A program made the position numbers and the translations under genes. This document shows positions 11,297-21,380 of a DNA stretch of 64,000 bases, one piece after another. This DNA is from a virus. Taxonomy: Duplodnaviria > Caudoviricetes. The stretch is from the IMG/VR virus record IMGVR_UViG_3300035501_000350, positions 1 to 64,000 of that record. One strand, given 5' to 3'. The notes beneath the pieces are model-generated. The model saw nothing but the letters and a program-made list of their open reading frames with translations, made no database searches and had not been told where the DNA came from. Positions within the stretch are counted from its first letter, which is position 1. Each line of letters opens with the position of its first letter.

Positions 11297-13508
11297 CCTT
11301 GTTCACCGCCTTTACCATTACTCTACCCACCATAGTCTTATTATTCTTAGCATTTCTAAGAGCAATATTATAGTGAGTTTCTAATTCTCCGTCATGACCT
11401 ACATAGTCCCTAATATTGGTCTTATACTTATATCCCTTATTAGGAACATCTCGTATCATAACTTTCTTTACCAATTGTTTCTTCTTCTTAGGAATTTTAC
11501 GGAATACTAATTTAAGCCCCATTGTCTTCAACAGAGCATTTATAATCTCAGCATTCCTATTCTTAGAATTAGTATCCAGTTTGATATCTATATCATATGG
11601 ATCTCCAATCAGAAGCTGTTCAAACAATCTTCTTGCCTGTGGAGATGATGAATACAACATAAGATTCATTACTACATACTGCATTCCAAGATGAGCTAGA
11701 TCTCCAGACTCCATAGGGCCAAACATGATAGGAGTCTTAGTGTACTTAGTCTCATAGATCTTATTAGCCTTAGATCTAGTATTAAGACCTTTGAGGTTCG
11801 TAGCGCTCAGCGAAGTAACAGAGAATTTCTCCTCTGCATACTGTTTCAGTCTATAGTTGTAGATCTTTCCAACTACCAGATTTCTTCTAGCAGGAACACG
11901 ACGAATATTACCATTAGAATCTTCTATCGGCATATAGACTGTATACGGAGTCAAGTCTATGATATCCTTAAACTCCTCATACATCTGAGCTATAGTGTCA
12001 AGTCTAATTGGTGTAGTGAATGCCGGAGTGCTAACAATGATAGCATCGTCTTCTTCTAGAATGGAATCTATAAATAGCTTACAGGCCCATTCATCTTCAA
12101 AGTTATCTACCCATTGGCGCATTGAATCTGCTTGAGATTGGTCTATCATAGAGATATACTTATGAACTATCCTAGCCTTTTCAGAATAACTCCATTGATT
12201 AGTACCAAATCTGAAAGCATCAATGATTCTCATGCCAATGAATGTTATACTCTGCTCATGAAGCTGACCAAGATTCTCTCTATTGATACAGGTAGATTGG
12301 TTCTTAATAACTTCAACTACATCTCCATTATCAAGCACAGGCATCAACTCATCAGGAAGAATCTTAGATACAACACCCTTACCACCATATCTATCGCACA
12401 TCTTATCCCCAGCTTGCATAGGCAGATCTTCTACAATAGTAATAGTCATAATTACATTGGAGAACTGCTTATCCTTGAAGAACTGCTTGCCACCAATACT
12501 ATCACGGCATATAGCATAGAGTTTCTGAAGATTATAAGACATCCTACTACTCATAGCAATAGGGCCAACTAGATCAACCACTTTACGACAAAAAGCATTA
12601 TACTGATTGTAATAATAATACAGCTGCTGGTTGTAGTAAGAGTCAGCAAGCACGTTAGGATTATTACAATACACATCAATATCTGCTACAGTGCCGTTCA
12701 TAATGATATTGCGATCACTAATCATATGCTCTCTAAGTTTAGCCTGAGATAGCGAATAGAGGATATTCTCATTTTCTAGTCTTCTAATAGAACAGAACAT
12801 CCCATTCTTAATCTTTTCTCCTACATCAGGAAATGCTTTATAGTTCTTATCGTCTCCATACATGTTTAGAAGAACATCGTTATCGTTGATTGTAATATCT
12901 GTAGTCTTAATCAGTGCAGAACAAAGTTTAGTTGCTGCACTCTCAGATATAACAATAGAATCTTCCATGTTTTGTTCACAGCTAAGATAAAGAGTTCTTA
13001 GATTAACCCCATTCATCTTATTGCCGTATTCATCAAAACCTACAGAAGTTTTAATGATATCTCCAGTAGAGATTGTATCTCCCTCATGAAGTCTATCTAG
13101 AGCATTGCTATCCCACAGATACCCATAAGACTCAGTATTATGATTGTAAGTCAATCTTTCAATTACATCATAAGTTCCATCATCCTCATTACGAACGATA
13201 AGATAATAATGATTATTCTTAAAATCAAACTTATTGATTTTATAGATAACTGTGTATTTATGCTCTGCTTCTAGATACGATGAGGACATCTTACCGAAGT
13301 CTGTTTCCCATCCAGTCTGTACTATAGGGACTTCATTCTTGGTCAGCACCATGAGCTGTTCAGTATGATTGCTAAACATGATTTCTCTTGAACCAGAGTT
13401 AGCTGGCTTGAATGGCTGCATCAAAGTACGACCAAGTACATAGTTATTGTCTGGTAATGCTTTTGTTGAATTTTGTATCTGCTTTTCAATATTAATTACA
13501 TTAGCCAT
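11220..13508 (-). CDS. rpoB: multisubunit RNA polymerase beta subunit, C-terminal half (probably non-virion RNAP)
   Basis: NMEDSIVISES, GDKMCDRYGGKGVVSKILPDELMP, RENLGQLHE, RLKQ, FGPME match the RpoB hybrid-binding region. Confidence 0.92.
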   Translation of the reverse strand: MANVINIEKQIQNSTKALPDNNYVLGRTLMQPFKPANSGSREIMFSNHTEQLMVLTKNEVPIVQTGWETDFGKMSSSYLEAEHKYTVIYKINKFDFKNNHYYLIVRNEDDGTYDVIERLTYNHNTESYGYLWDSNALDRLHEGDTISTGDIIKTSVGFDEYGNKMNGVNLRTLYLSCEQNMEDSIVISESAATKLCSALIKTTDITINDNDVLLNMYGDDKNYKAFPDVGEKIKNGMFCSIRRLENENILYSLSQAKLREHMISDRNIIMNGTVADIDVYCNNPNVLADSYYNQQLYYYYNQYNAFCRKVVDLVGPIAMSSRMSYNLQKLYAICRDSIGGKQFFKDKQFSNVIMTITIVEDLPMQAGDKMCDRYGGKGVVSKILPDELMPVLDNGDVVEVIKNQSTCINRENLGQLHEQSITFIGMRIIDAFRFGTNQWSYSEKARIVHKYISMIDQSQADSMRQWVDNFEDEWACKLFIDSILEEDDAIIVSTPAFTTPIRLDTIAQMYEEFKDIIDLTPYTVYMPIEDSNGNIRRVPARRNLVVGKIYNYRLKQYAEEKFSVTSLSATNLKGLNTRSKANKIYETKYTKTPIMFGPMESGDLAHLGMQYVVMNLMLYSSSPQARRLFEQLLIGDPYDIDIKLDTNSKNRNAEIINALLKTMGLKLVFRKIPKKKKQLVKKVMIRDVPNKGYKYKTNIRDYVGHDGELETHYNIALRNAKNNKTMVGRVMVKAVNKDGEDNLTELGRYFKELARGQSSDPS

Positions 13509-13599
13509 ATACCGTCACCCTTCATATAGATTTAGGATGGAAGATACATCTCCCATCCTATCATATCTATAACATATCACCATCATTTAATTTGCTAGA

Positions 13600-13818
13600 T
13601 TAATTAACAATCCTACACATGGTTTTCTTACCGTGTGCTTCACATTTACGTTTAATATAGTCCTGGACACTATCTACTGGTATCTTCCAACAGCTTCCGA
13701 CTTTAAAACAATCAAGTTCTCCATTGTTCAAAAGCTCATATGCAGTATTCTTACCAATAGATAGAGCTATACACAACCCTTCAATCTCCAGAACCATAGG
13801 TTCAATTCTAGGTTTCAT
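13600..13818 (-). CDS. excisionase/Xis-like (HTH_17-type) DNA-binding protein
   Basis: LSIGKNTAYELLNNGELDCFKVGSCWKIP is the typical excisionase-family winged-HTH pattern. Confidence 0.8.
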   Translation of the reverse strand: MKPRIEPMVLEIEGLCIALSIGKNTAYELLNNGELDCFKVGSCWKIPVDSVQDYIKRKCEAHGKKTMCRIVN

Positions 13819-13839
13819 ATATGCATCTCCTATAAAAAA

Positions 13840-15069
13840 TTATTCATTAAGCTGAAGCAAAATTTGCTCATAGGGAAGAGCTGCTTGCATTCTAATTTCC
13901 TGCTCACGCTTAATTCTATTATATTCTTCCATCATGCATCCCTTAAGATATTCAATGCATATGGTAATGAATGCTGAATAGAAATCCTTATCCGAATAGA
14001 GCAGTTCTTTGAACTGTCTCTGGGAGAACTTCTTATCATAATTGGGTAATTTAAGATATGCTCCAGAGCCTTCAAGAATCTTATTCTCTTTAAGTAATAA
14101 AAGAAGACTTAATTCATTATCATATCCAGTCTCTTGGTTAAATACCAAGAAACATGATTTTCTATCTGATTTACTGGATCTAGATTTAACTATATCCACA
14201 TAAACTACAGAACCAGAAATACCAAAACCTTCTTCAGGTTTAAGCTTAGTTTTAACTGTAAGCTTAAAGATATTATTCTGGATATAAGTAAGAGATTTAC
14301 CTCCACTAATATGCTCTCCCTGATTAAGATACGCAAGCTCAGATGGTTTAGGTAAAAATCCAGTATTGATATCAGTAGTAATATGGTTAATCAAAAGCAT
14401 AATGATATTAGCTTCACGGCATAGAGGAACCATCTTAGTAAAATATTCAGAGTTAGCTTTAGCATTTGTTGCTGCAGCCATATTATTACTTTCGTCTGCC
14501 TCAGCGTTCTTTCTAGAAAGAACCATCTTAATAGAATCAATGATAAATACAGTAGGTTCAAACTTATAGATGCGATTATCTCGCATATCAATCATACCGG
14601 TATCATATAAATAATCAGATTGATTATTTACTTTGATATCATGAACCATCTTTACACGCTCATAAATAGACTCTATAGTAATTCCAGCATCTCTAACAAT
14701 AAATCTATCACTAAAATCTTGATCTGTTACAAACCCAGACAGTTGTTTAATTCTCTGAATATTAGTACCTATCTCAGCTTGCTCATAAAATACAGTAGAC
14801 GTATTAAAACGTCTAATTATATTAGAGGCTATCTGTGTGCATATAGTGGTCTTACCAACACCACTATTAGAGATAACCATATTAATACTGCCATCAGAGA
14901 TTCCTGCTTCATATCTAAGCTTACCATTAACTTCCTGAATATATCCATTGGCAAAATCAAGATTAAGCAATCCAGTAGAGTATGACACACTATATGTCAT
15001 CTCATTTCTTTGGGAAATATCCTTTACTTGCGCTACTTGATTTCTAAAAGCACGAGAAAGTAGAGTCAT
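13840..15069 (-). CDS. recA: RecA/UvsX-like recombinase
   Basis: STGLLNLDFA, Walker A SNSGVGKTT, Walker B FIIDS, LINHI, SGGKSL. Confidence 0.88.
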   Translation of the reverse strand: MTLLSRAFRNQVAQVKDISQRNEMTYSVSYSTGLLNLDFANGYIQEVNGKLRYEAGISDGSINMVISNSGVGKTTICTQIASNIIRRFNTSTVFYEQAEIGTNIQRIKQLSGFVTDQDFSDRFIVRDAGITIESIYERVKMVHDIKVNNQSDYLYDTGMIDMRDNRIYKFEPTVFIIDSIKMVLSRKNAEADESNNMAAATNAKANSEYFTKMVPLCREANIIMLLINHITTDINTGFLPKPSELAYLNQGEHISGGKSLTYIQNNIFKLTVKTKLKPEEGFGISGSVVYVDIVKSRSSKSDRKSCFLVFNQETGYDNELSLLLLLKENKILEGSGAYLKLPNYDKKFSQRQFKELLYSDKDFYSAFITICIEYLKGCMMEEYNRIKREQEIRMQAALPYEQILLQLNE

Positions 15070-15172
15070 ATAAATTTCCTCCAATTTAATTCATTACAAT
15101 AGTGTACAAGGAGTTATAAATTTATACAAAAAATAAAAATGGGAGGGTATTAGCCCTCCCATTAATATCCTT

Positions 15173-16099
15173 CTACGGAGCTATAATGCTTTCTTGGTAC
15201 ATAAGATGGTATACAACAGTATTGATCCTGTCATAATCATCAGATAGAGTCTGTAAGCTGAATCTATATGGTTTACCCTTGTTGAGGATATTATAAGCTT
15301 CAGCATAATTGATTATAGCTGCACGTATTGTAGCAGTGGTTTCTGTGTTTAAGATATCTAATACTGCTAGATTAATAATAGAGTTGATTTCCTCAATCTC
15401 TTCAGTAACCCAGCTGTTAGGTTCATTCTCATTATATTCAGGAATTACGTCTAACATGAAGTATTGGAATACTCTAGCCCAGATACCAATATCAGAATAG
15501 ATGATACGGAAAATCTCTGTAATCATTTCCTGAGTCATCAGTACTTTAGGTTGAGTAATAATGATGAAGTTTACTCTTCTAACGCAGATATCAAGATTGA
15601 AACTTGAATGCCTAGCAATAAGAAGAATACAAGCAAGATTATTACTTAATCCTAAACCTAGCATTCTAGGGAGTAAAGTTCTATTGATAATAGTACCAAT
15701 GCGTAGCATTCTATCAACTACAGCAGGATTCTTATTAGCAGGATCATTCAAGCTAATATAATCATAGCAGATATTGTTGATCTTTACTACAACATCATTA
15801 TCATAGAACTTAACAGTTTGAAGCACATCAATAAATGCATCAAGGAAACGTACATCAGTAAAGCATTTTACATGCTCATTGATATTACTACCAGAGAATA
15901 CGCTATTGAGAATGCTTAGAAAATGATGGTCAATGAAGTTTCTTAATTGAGCATCTGTCATATTGGGGATATCAGAAATATTCTGCAACAATACTGACTT
16001 ATTTAGGGTAGGACTGTTTGCTGTTACTATTCTAACCATATTCACTTTATGATTGGAATCATAGGCTTGCTTTTCTTCCCAGTACTTTTCTAAAGCCAC
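15173..16099 (-). CDS. hypothetical alpha-helical protein
   Basis: 308-aa ORF, GTG start with GAGGTG RBS, downstream of the tubulin gene. Confidence 0.75.
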   Translation of the reverse strand: MALEKYWEEKQAYDSNHKVNMVRIVTANSPTLNKSVLLQNISDIPNMTDAQLRNFIDHHFLSILNSVFSGSNINEHVKCFTDVRFLDAFIDVLQTVKFYDNDVVVKINNICYDYISLNDPANKNPAVVDRMLRIGTIINRTLLPRMLGLGLSNNLACILLIARHSSFNLDICVRRVNFIIITQPKVLMTQEMITEIFRIIYSDIGIWARVFQYFMLDVIPEYNENEPNSWVTEEIEEINSIINLAVLDILNTETTATIRAAIINYAEAYNILNKGKPYRFSLQTLSDDYDRINTVVYHLMYQESIIAP

Positions 16100-16117
16100 T
16101 ATCTATCACCTCTGATA

Positions 16118-17305
16118 TCAATATTCATCATCAAATTCAGTATCTGTAGGAACTACGACGTTATTGATTGCAGTCTGCTTAGGCTCTTCTTTAGTAACCA
16201 TATTACCAAAGATACTTGCGACATCAGTAGGATTATTCACACGACGAACATCCATATCGAATTCATCATCTGAATCATCTACATTGATATCAGCAAAGAT
16301 ATCGGAGAAAGAACGAGTACCGGTATTGAGCTTATCTTTGATACTGTTGTATCTAGTGCTCATTTCGATCATGCTCTTCTCCGGATATGCCAAACCAGAG
16401 ATAATAACGTCCATATAGTCTTCATTTCCAGTTTCCTGAATATGACGATAAGTCTCAAATGGTTCGCCAGAATATCTCTTGATAACCTCGAAATGTTCAT
16501 CAATAGCATTCTGTACAGATTCAGATGCATTGATAATAATAGCAAGTCTCTTGCACCCATGGGTGTAATCAAGACCACAACCATTATCAAATGCTTCTGC
16601 AATAGCAGAGTCTGTTCCCGTTACATTCTTACAGCCTGTAAGATCAATATGCTTGATGTCCATATATCCAGGAGTAGTACTGATCTTATAATGATCAGTA
16701 TCATCAATATTCTGGTTGCTGGGAACCATCTTACAACCTAACAGAATCTCAACTTGTTTTGCAAACTCTAGATTTGCTGCATCTTCTGCTTTACTATAAC
16801 TACCAGTATAATCCTTAAAGTGATCATTCTTGATAGTATGCAGAATTACATTACTACTAAGCTCTTTAAAGAACTTCAGTGTATTGCTGATTCCTCTAGC
16901 CTCATCTTGGAAACCAATGAATGCAAAGATATGGGTAGGCATATTCATTGCATCAAAGTATTTGGCAATCATAGGAACAGCACCACATCCAGTACCACCT
17001 TCAGTGGATGTTACAAGGATTACTTGTTTTGTTTCAGGTTCAATGTATGAGCCAAAGTCAATGTCTCCATTGACGATGGCATTATACATAGCCTTGCTAC
17101 CCTTAGAGGGTTCTTTACCACAACCACCAAGACCAGAATTGAATGTGACAATCATGTCAGAATTCTTATACTTGTCTGGAATATCTTTGGTTGTTGTATT
17201 GAGTAATTTGATTCTCTCCTGGGGCATAATCTTCTGCTCCAGAACAGTAATTGCTGCTTTATTTCCAGCAGCTCCAACACCGAATAAAATAGTATCCATT
17301 GACAT
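16118..17305 (-). CDS. tubulin/FtsZ-family GTPase (PhuZ/TubZ-like)
   Basis: FGVGAAGNKA, GGCGKEP, tubulin signature EGGTGCG, NIDDTD T7-like loop, acidic C-terminal tail. Confidence 0.9.
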   Translation of the reverse strand: MSMDTILFGVGAAGNKAAITVLEQKIMPQERIKLLNTTTKDIPDKYKNSDMIVTFNSGLGGCGKEPSKGSKAMYNAIVNGDIDFGSYIEPETKQVILVTSTEGGTGCGAVPMIAKYFDAMNMPTHIFAFIGFQDEARGISNTLKFFKELSSNVILHTIKNDHFKDYTGSYSKAEDAANLEFAKQVEILLGCKMVPSNQNIDDTDHYKISTTPGYMDIKHIDLTGCKNVTGTDSAIAEAFDNGCGLDYTHGCKRLAIIINASESVQNAIDEHFEVIKRYSGEPFETYRHIQETGNEDYMDVIISGLAYPEKSMIEMSTRYNSIKDKLNTGTRSFSDIFADINVDDSDDEFDMDVRRVNNPTDVASIFGNMVTKEEPKQTAINNVVVPTDTEFDDEY

Positions 17306-17311
17306 ACTGAC

Positions 17312-18106
17312 TTACCTCCAACTTTCTTCTTCAAGATATGTATAACAAGTATTCATAATACTCGTTAACTTAGAAGCCCATTCTTCATCAGAAGAATATT
17401 CGCCTTCATATTCCATATCATGTATATTTGTGTTTCCTACATCATACCAGTTTTCTCTGATATAGATAGCACCATTAATGATTCCTTCCTCATAGGTTTT
17501 ACCAAGAACAAGTCCTTCATTAGGATCAGAATCATACATTCCAATGCTATAGAAGTTACACTTCTCTCTATGTAGGTCAGTTACAGTCCAACTAGACTCT
17601 AATCCAGATAATGCTACTAAGAATATAGGATCTAATCCAGATTGTCTAGATGCTTCAATGTATGCTGCTGCAATTCCATCACTATTCAAGACAGAATCTA
17701 GATTATTGCCGAATGATGTCATGTATCTAATACATCTTGCTATATCATTTTCTGAAATATCCATTCTGTTCAGTAAGTCAGTATACTCAGTAATGGATCC
17801 ATCATATGCTTCAGAATCTTCTACTGCATATGTAATATTGAGTGTTGTTTCATCTACTTCTTCGACAGGTTTAATAGTACTTGGTGCTTCTGGTAATGAA
17901 GCAGCCATTGTATCATTTCCTATCTTATTGGCTTCCCATTCAGGAATACTTATTGTTGTATTACCAACATATGTAGCGCAAACATAAATTGAATGTACTA
18001 CTGATGATACTGCTATCATAATCAGGAACATAGTCCCTAATATGATTGTTACTCTAACCATAGCTCTACCCATAGCAGCCATGATTACATTTGTTTGATC
18101 TCTCAT
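17312..18106 (-). CDS. membrane-anchored glucosaminidase (GH73-like) peptidoglycan hydrolase
   Basis: N-terminal hydrophobic helix; DPIFLVALSGLESSW, NFYSIGMYD, YSSDEEWASK motifs. Confidence 0.8.
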   Translation of the reverse strand: MRDQTNVIMAAMGRAMVRVTIILGTMFLIMIAVSSVVHSIYVCATYVGNTTISIPEWEANKIGNDTMAASLPEAPSTIKPVEEVDETTLNITYAVEDSEAYDGSITEYTDLLNRMDISENDIARCIRYMTSFGNNLDSVLNSDGIAAAYIEASRQSGLDPIFLVALSGLESSWTVTDLHREKCNFYSIGMYDSDPNEGLVLGKTYEEGIINGAIYIRENWYDVGNTNIHDMEYEGEYSSDEEWASKLTSIMNTCYTYLEEESWR

Positions 18107-18166
18107 TTTACCGTTACCTCACTTTTTTAATCTTGTTTTAAGAAGAGCTGCCACATCTTCTTAATT

Positions 18167-18301
18167 TTACTGATTGTCATCAGTATTGCTGCTAGAATCA
18201 TCTCTAGCATTTACAGTCTCATTATCCTTCTCATTGAGCTGTACGGGGTCCATAAACTCACCCTGCTCACGGATAATACTGTATTGCTTGTTATCTGACA
18301 T
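18167..18301 (-). CDS. small acidic protein (44 aa, MSDNKQYSY...)
   Basis: AAGGAGGTG RBS and AACT-N6-TA motif upstream; below the ORF-track length cutoff. Confidence 0.5.
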   Translation of the reverse strand: MSDNKQYSIIREQGEFMDPVQLNEKDNETVNARDDSSSNTDDNQ

Positions 18302-18520
18302 ACTACTTCACCTCCTTAATTTATAGTTATTTATAAGTTCCCTTTGCTCTAATATTATAATATATCATCCAATTTTATATTTACCATTATTAATATTATT
18401 AGTCAATCTTTGCCCCTCAGTAGATTTCTCTACTGAGGAACATCGATTTTAGCTAACGGTATTAATGAAAGGTAATATATTGGCAGATATATTACTTTTA
18501 TTGTTACATGTAGTATATAA

Positions 18521-19489
18521 TTATATAATTTGTAATTCTGGTAAAAGATCTATAACCTTATTTAGATCTATTTCCTTTTTCTTATCTATAACCATACACA
18601 TACATTTCTTTCCGTCTTTACGATGTATACCATTATGTGGTACTGGTGTTAATGGTGGACGATCTAGATATTTAATTCCTAGAAATACTCTAACTTTATT
18701 ATGCCCTAGATCATCAATACTTGGAATTGGTAGTTTCGGTGGATTTTTAATTACTGCTTCATATGCTTCCATAGGCCAACTACCATCTGGATTCTGTTTA
18801 AAATCATAAGAACTTTTAGGTTCTTCTCTTCTACCATAAGTACTTGCATTCTGTTGTCTTTTAATATATTCATCTGAATATATTGATTGATTCTGATTTT
18901 TAGGAACTTCTCCTCTATTGTATCTACATTCTGCTGAATACAAATCAGTTCTATAGTATTCTTTAATCTCTATTTTACCAGCTTGGTATTTTCTTTTCTC
19001 TATTGGAATTCTATCTTGCTTAGAGATAATATCAATATTATATCTTGCATTTCTAGCACTATGCATTTTCTCATAGTTAGGTAATTGTACTAGATCATAT
19101 AGGAATAATTCAAAACATAACCATCTATCATCTATTGTAATTCCTTGACCTCCATAGTATGGATATAATTTATTTACTGGGCGATAACATCTATAAATCA
19201 TATTCTTCCATACATCATATTCATTCTGATACTGTTTATAATCTACTCTTCCTCTATATCCCATACCATTAATTACTTTATCTATTACTGTAGGGTCTTT
19301 AGACATAATAGCTCTATCTGTAAGATAATATACTTCTCCTCTATATAGAGTTTTATATGTCTGTATCTGTACTATATTTGTTCTATACATAGTCTCTACT
19401 TCTTTATCTAGTTTTAATATTACTAGAGTACTATCTCCAAAGTTTACTTTATCTCCCTGATTAAAGTTTCTTACTTTTTCTACATTCAT
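18521..19489 (-). CDS. protein with an HNH/AP2-endonuclease-associated domain
   Basis: YDVWKNMIYRCY...YPYYGGQGITIDDRWLCFELF motif typical of phage HNH-associated proteins; no clear HNH catalytic motif follows. Confidence 0.6.
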   Translation of the reverse strand: MNVEKVRNFNQGDKVNFGDSTLVILKLDKEVETMYRTNIVQIQTYKTLYRGEVYYLTDRAIMSKDPTVIDKVINGMGYRGRVDYKQYQNEYDVWKNMIYRCYRPVNKLYPYYGGQGITIDDRWLCFELFLYDLVQLPNYEKMHSARNARYNIDIISKQDRIPIEKRKYQAGKIEIKEYYRTDLYSAECRYNRGEVPKNQNQSIYSDEYIKRQQNASTYGRREEPKSSYDFKQNPDGSWPMEAYEAVIKNPPKLPIPSIDDLGHNKVRVFLGIKYLDRPPLTPVPHNGIHRKDGKKCMCMVIDKKKEIDLNKVIDLLPELQII

Positions 19490-19710
19490 TTTGTTTACTT
19501 CTCCTTTAAAAAATATTACTTGATTATATCATACAATTACTTGTATTTTTACTATTGGATTTTTAAGTTTTGGGAATTTTCGGGTTTGGCGCGTACCCTG
19601 TCTAGCCTCCTCCGTTCCCAGAATTAGAGCTTATTTCCCTTCTCCAACTCGGTTGTGCGTTTGTCACGCTAACTATGTGCTCGCGTCTTCCTATTTAGCG
19701 TTTTTGTAAC

Positions 19711-19943
19711 TTCCTCCGCCCAAAGGCTCCGGAAGTAGTTTTCTATCATTCGGTAATTACTATTCTAGTAATTTCTACGCAGGGTAGGACCATCGCCCTA
19801 GGTTTCCGGCCTTCGCTGGGGCTACGGCCGGATAGGACTATTCCCCCGCTGAGAGGGTATGATAATAAATGGCAATCTTCTGTTGCCATTCTACTAATTG
19901 AGAGTGATTTCCTCCGCCCAAAGGCTCCGGAAATAGTTTTCTA
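19711..19943 (+). repeat. 35-bp direct repeat pair in a GC-rich non-coding island
   Basis: ttcctccgcccaaaggctccggaaRtagttttcta at 19711-19745 and 19909-19943 (1 mismatch). Confidence 0.9.
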
Positions 19944-20199
19944 CTAAATTTTCTGTTTTACTATTTAGTATTCGGTAAATCTAGTGGTAGAGGGGAACGT
20001 TCTGGCTTCACTCCCGTGCGCTATCTATTTTATCGGGGCTACCCCCCCCCCTATTATCCTTTCCCCCGATCTCTCGGCTTCCGCTTACTAAAAATGTATA
20101 TAAATAAATATTTTTTTACAAAACGGATATAGAAAAAAGAAATATGATGTAAAATAGATAAATTATAGTCTGAGAAATTAATCTCAGACTATAATTACA

Positions 20200-20928
20200 T
20201 TAATCTACTCTATCTACTTTCTTTTGTTTATTTCTATATGTATATGGTAATAGATAATCTTGGTTTACAAGATTAGTCATTAATTGTGCTCCAATCATGT
20301 AAGTGGATAACATATTCTTAGATAGAGAATCATCAATATCTTCAGGTAAATCTTTTAATGAAGTTTGCCCTAGAATTTTAATATCAGCATTCATAGCAGA
20401 CTTATCATTCATAGAGTCAGCTCTAGATCTACTAAACTCAGTAACAGTACTAGTTAATCCAGAGATTACTAGAGATTCAAACTCTCTATCAGATTCTTTA
20501 CCATTTTTATCATATCCGGTTAATAATCCGGTACGCATATCTCTATTTTTAGTATCAATAGACATACCATTCTTCTTTGTTAATATCTGTTTCATTCTCT
20601 TCATATGAATATAAACTACTAAACATGGTTTGGTCTTCATAGGACGACCTTCAGAATCTTTATACTTATATGGTAAATAAACAGATTCCAATAATGGTAC
20701 ATTTAAAATATCTAATGCTTTAGATATTTGATCCATAGATGGTTCATTAAAAGCTCCAGTTTGGAAATAAAATGGGAATGACCCAGATATATACTTCTCA
20801 AATTGTGTATCACTCATTTTAGCAAATTCTGCTTTCCAGAAATCTGTATTCTTGCCACTTGGATCTAATTGATCAAATACTTTATATATAAGCCTTTCAG
20901 AGTCTAATCGTTTCTGGTTCATAGACAA
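20200..20928 (-). CDS. RNA polymerase beta C-terminal fragment (probably a virion RNAP subunit)
   Basis: KRMKQILTKKN...RDMRTGLLTG..KNGKESDREFESL resembles the RpoB C-terminal motifs; late-type GACA-N6-TA motif upstream. Confidence 0.55.
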   Translation of the reverse strand: MSMNQKRLDSERLIYKVFDQLDPSGKNTDFWKAEFAKMSDTQFEKYISGSFPFYFQTGAFNEPSMDQISKALDILNVPLLESVYLPYKYKDSEGRPMKTKPCLVVYIHMKRMKQILTKKNGMSIDTKNRDMRTGLLTGYDKNGKESDREFESLVISGLTSTVTEFSRSRADSMNDKSAMNADIKILGQTSLKDLPEDIDDSLSKNMLSTYMIGAQLMTNLVNQDYLLPYTYRNKQKKVDRVD

Positions 20929-21023
20929 ACACTCCTTAGATATATTAATGAAATGTCAAAAAAGAATAAAGAATTACAAAAAAATATATGGGGATTTGTT
21001 AGATCCCCATATATTAAAATTCC

Positions 21024-21230
21024 TCATCTCGGCAGATCATTGAACTTGAAAAACAGCCCTGCCATAGATGCCATACTGAATACCATGATTGCTTTGATTG
21101 CGAACGTGTTGACCCCGGCAGCATACACCAGCCCGCAGATGGTAAATGCAAATCCCAGCATTGCGCAGATAACGGTGAGAATAGCATTCTCCAGCCAGTA
21201 TCCAGTTCTCTTGTAATTCTTTTTTAACAT
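21024..21230 (-). CDS. small two-helix membrane protein
   Basis: two hydrophobic segments; AAAGGA RBS; early-type TATAATATA at ~21290. Confidence 0.55.
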   Translation of the reverse strand: MLKKNYKRTGYWLENAILTVICAMLGFAFTICGLVYAAGVNTFAIKAIMVFSMASMAGLFFKFNDLPR

Positions 21231-21380
21231 TGCTCATTATCCTTTCTGTTATACATCTTTTGATATATTTTTTACTTCCTAGACATGATTATATTATACA
21301 ACTAATATAATTAAATTTATCAAATGTATAAAATACCCCTCTAGGATAATCCTAGAGGGATAAATATATAACAGAATTAA

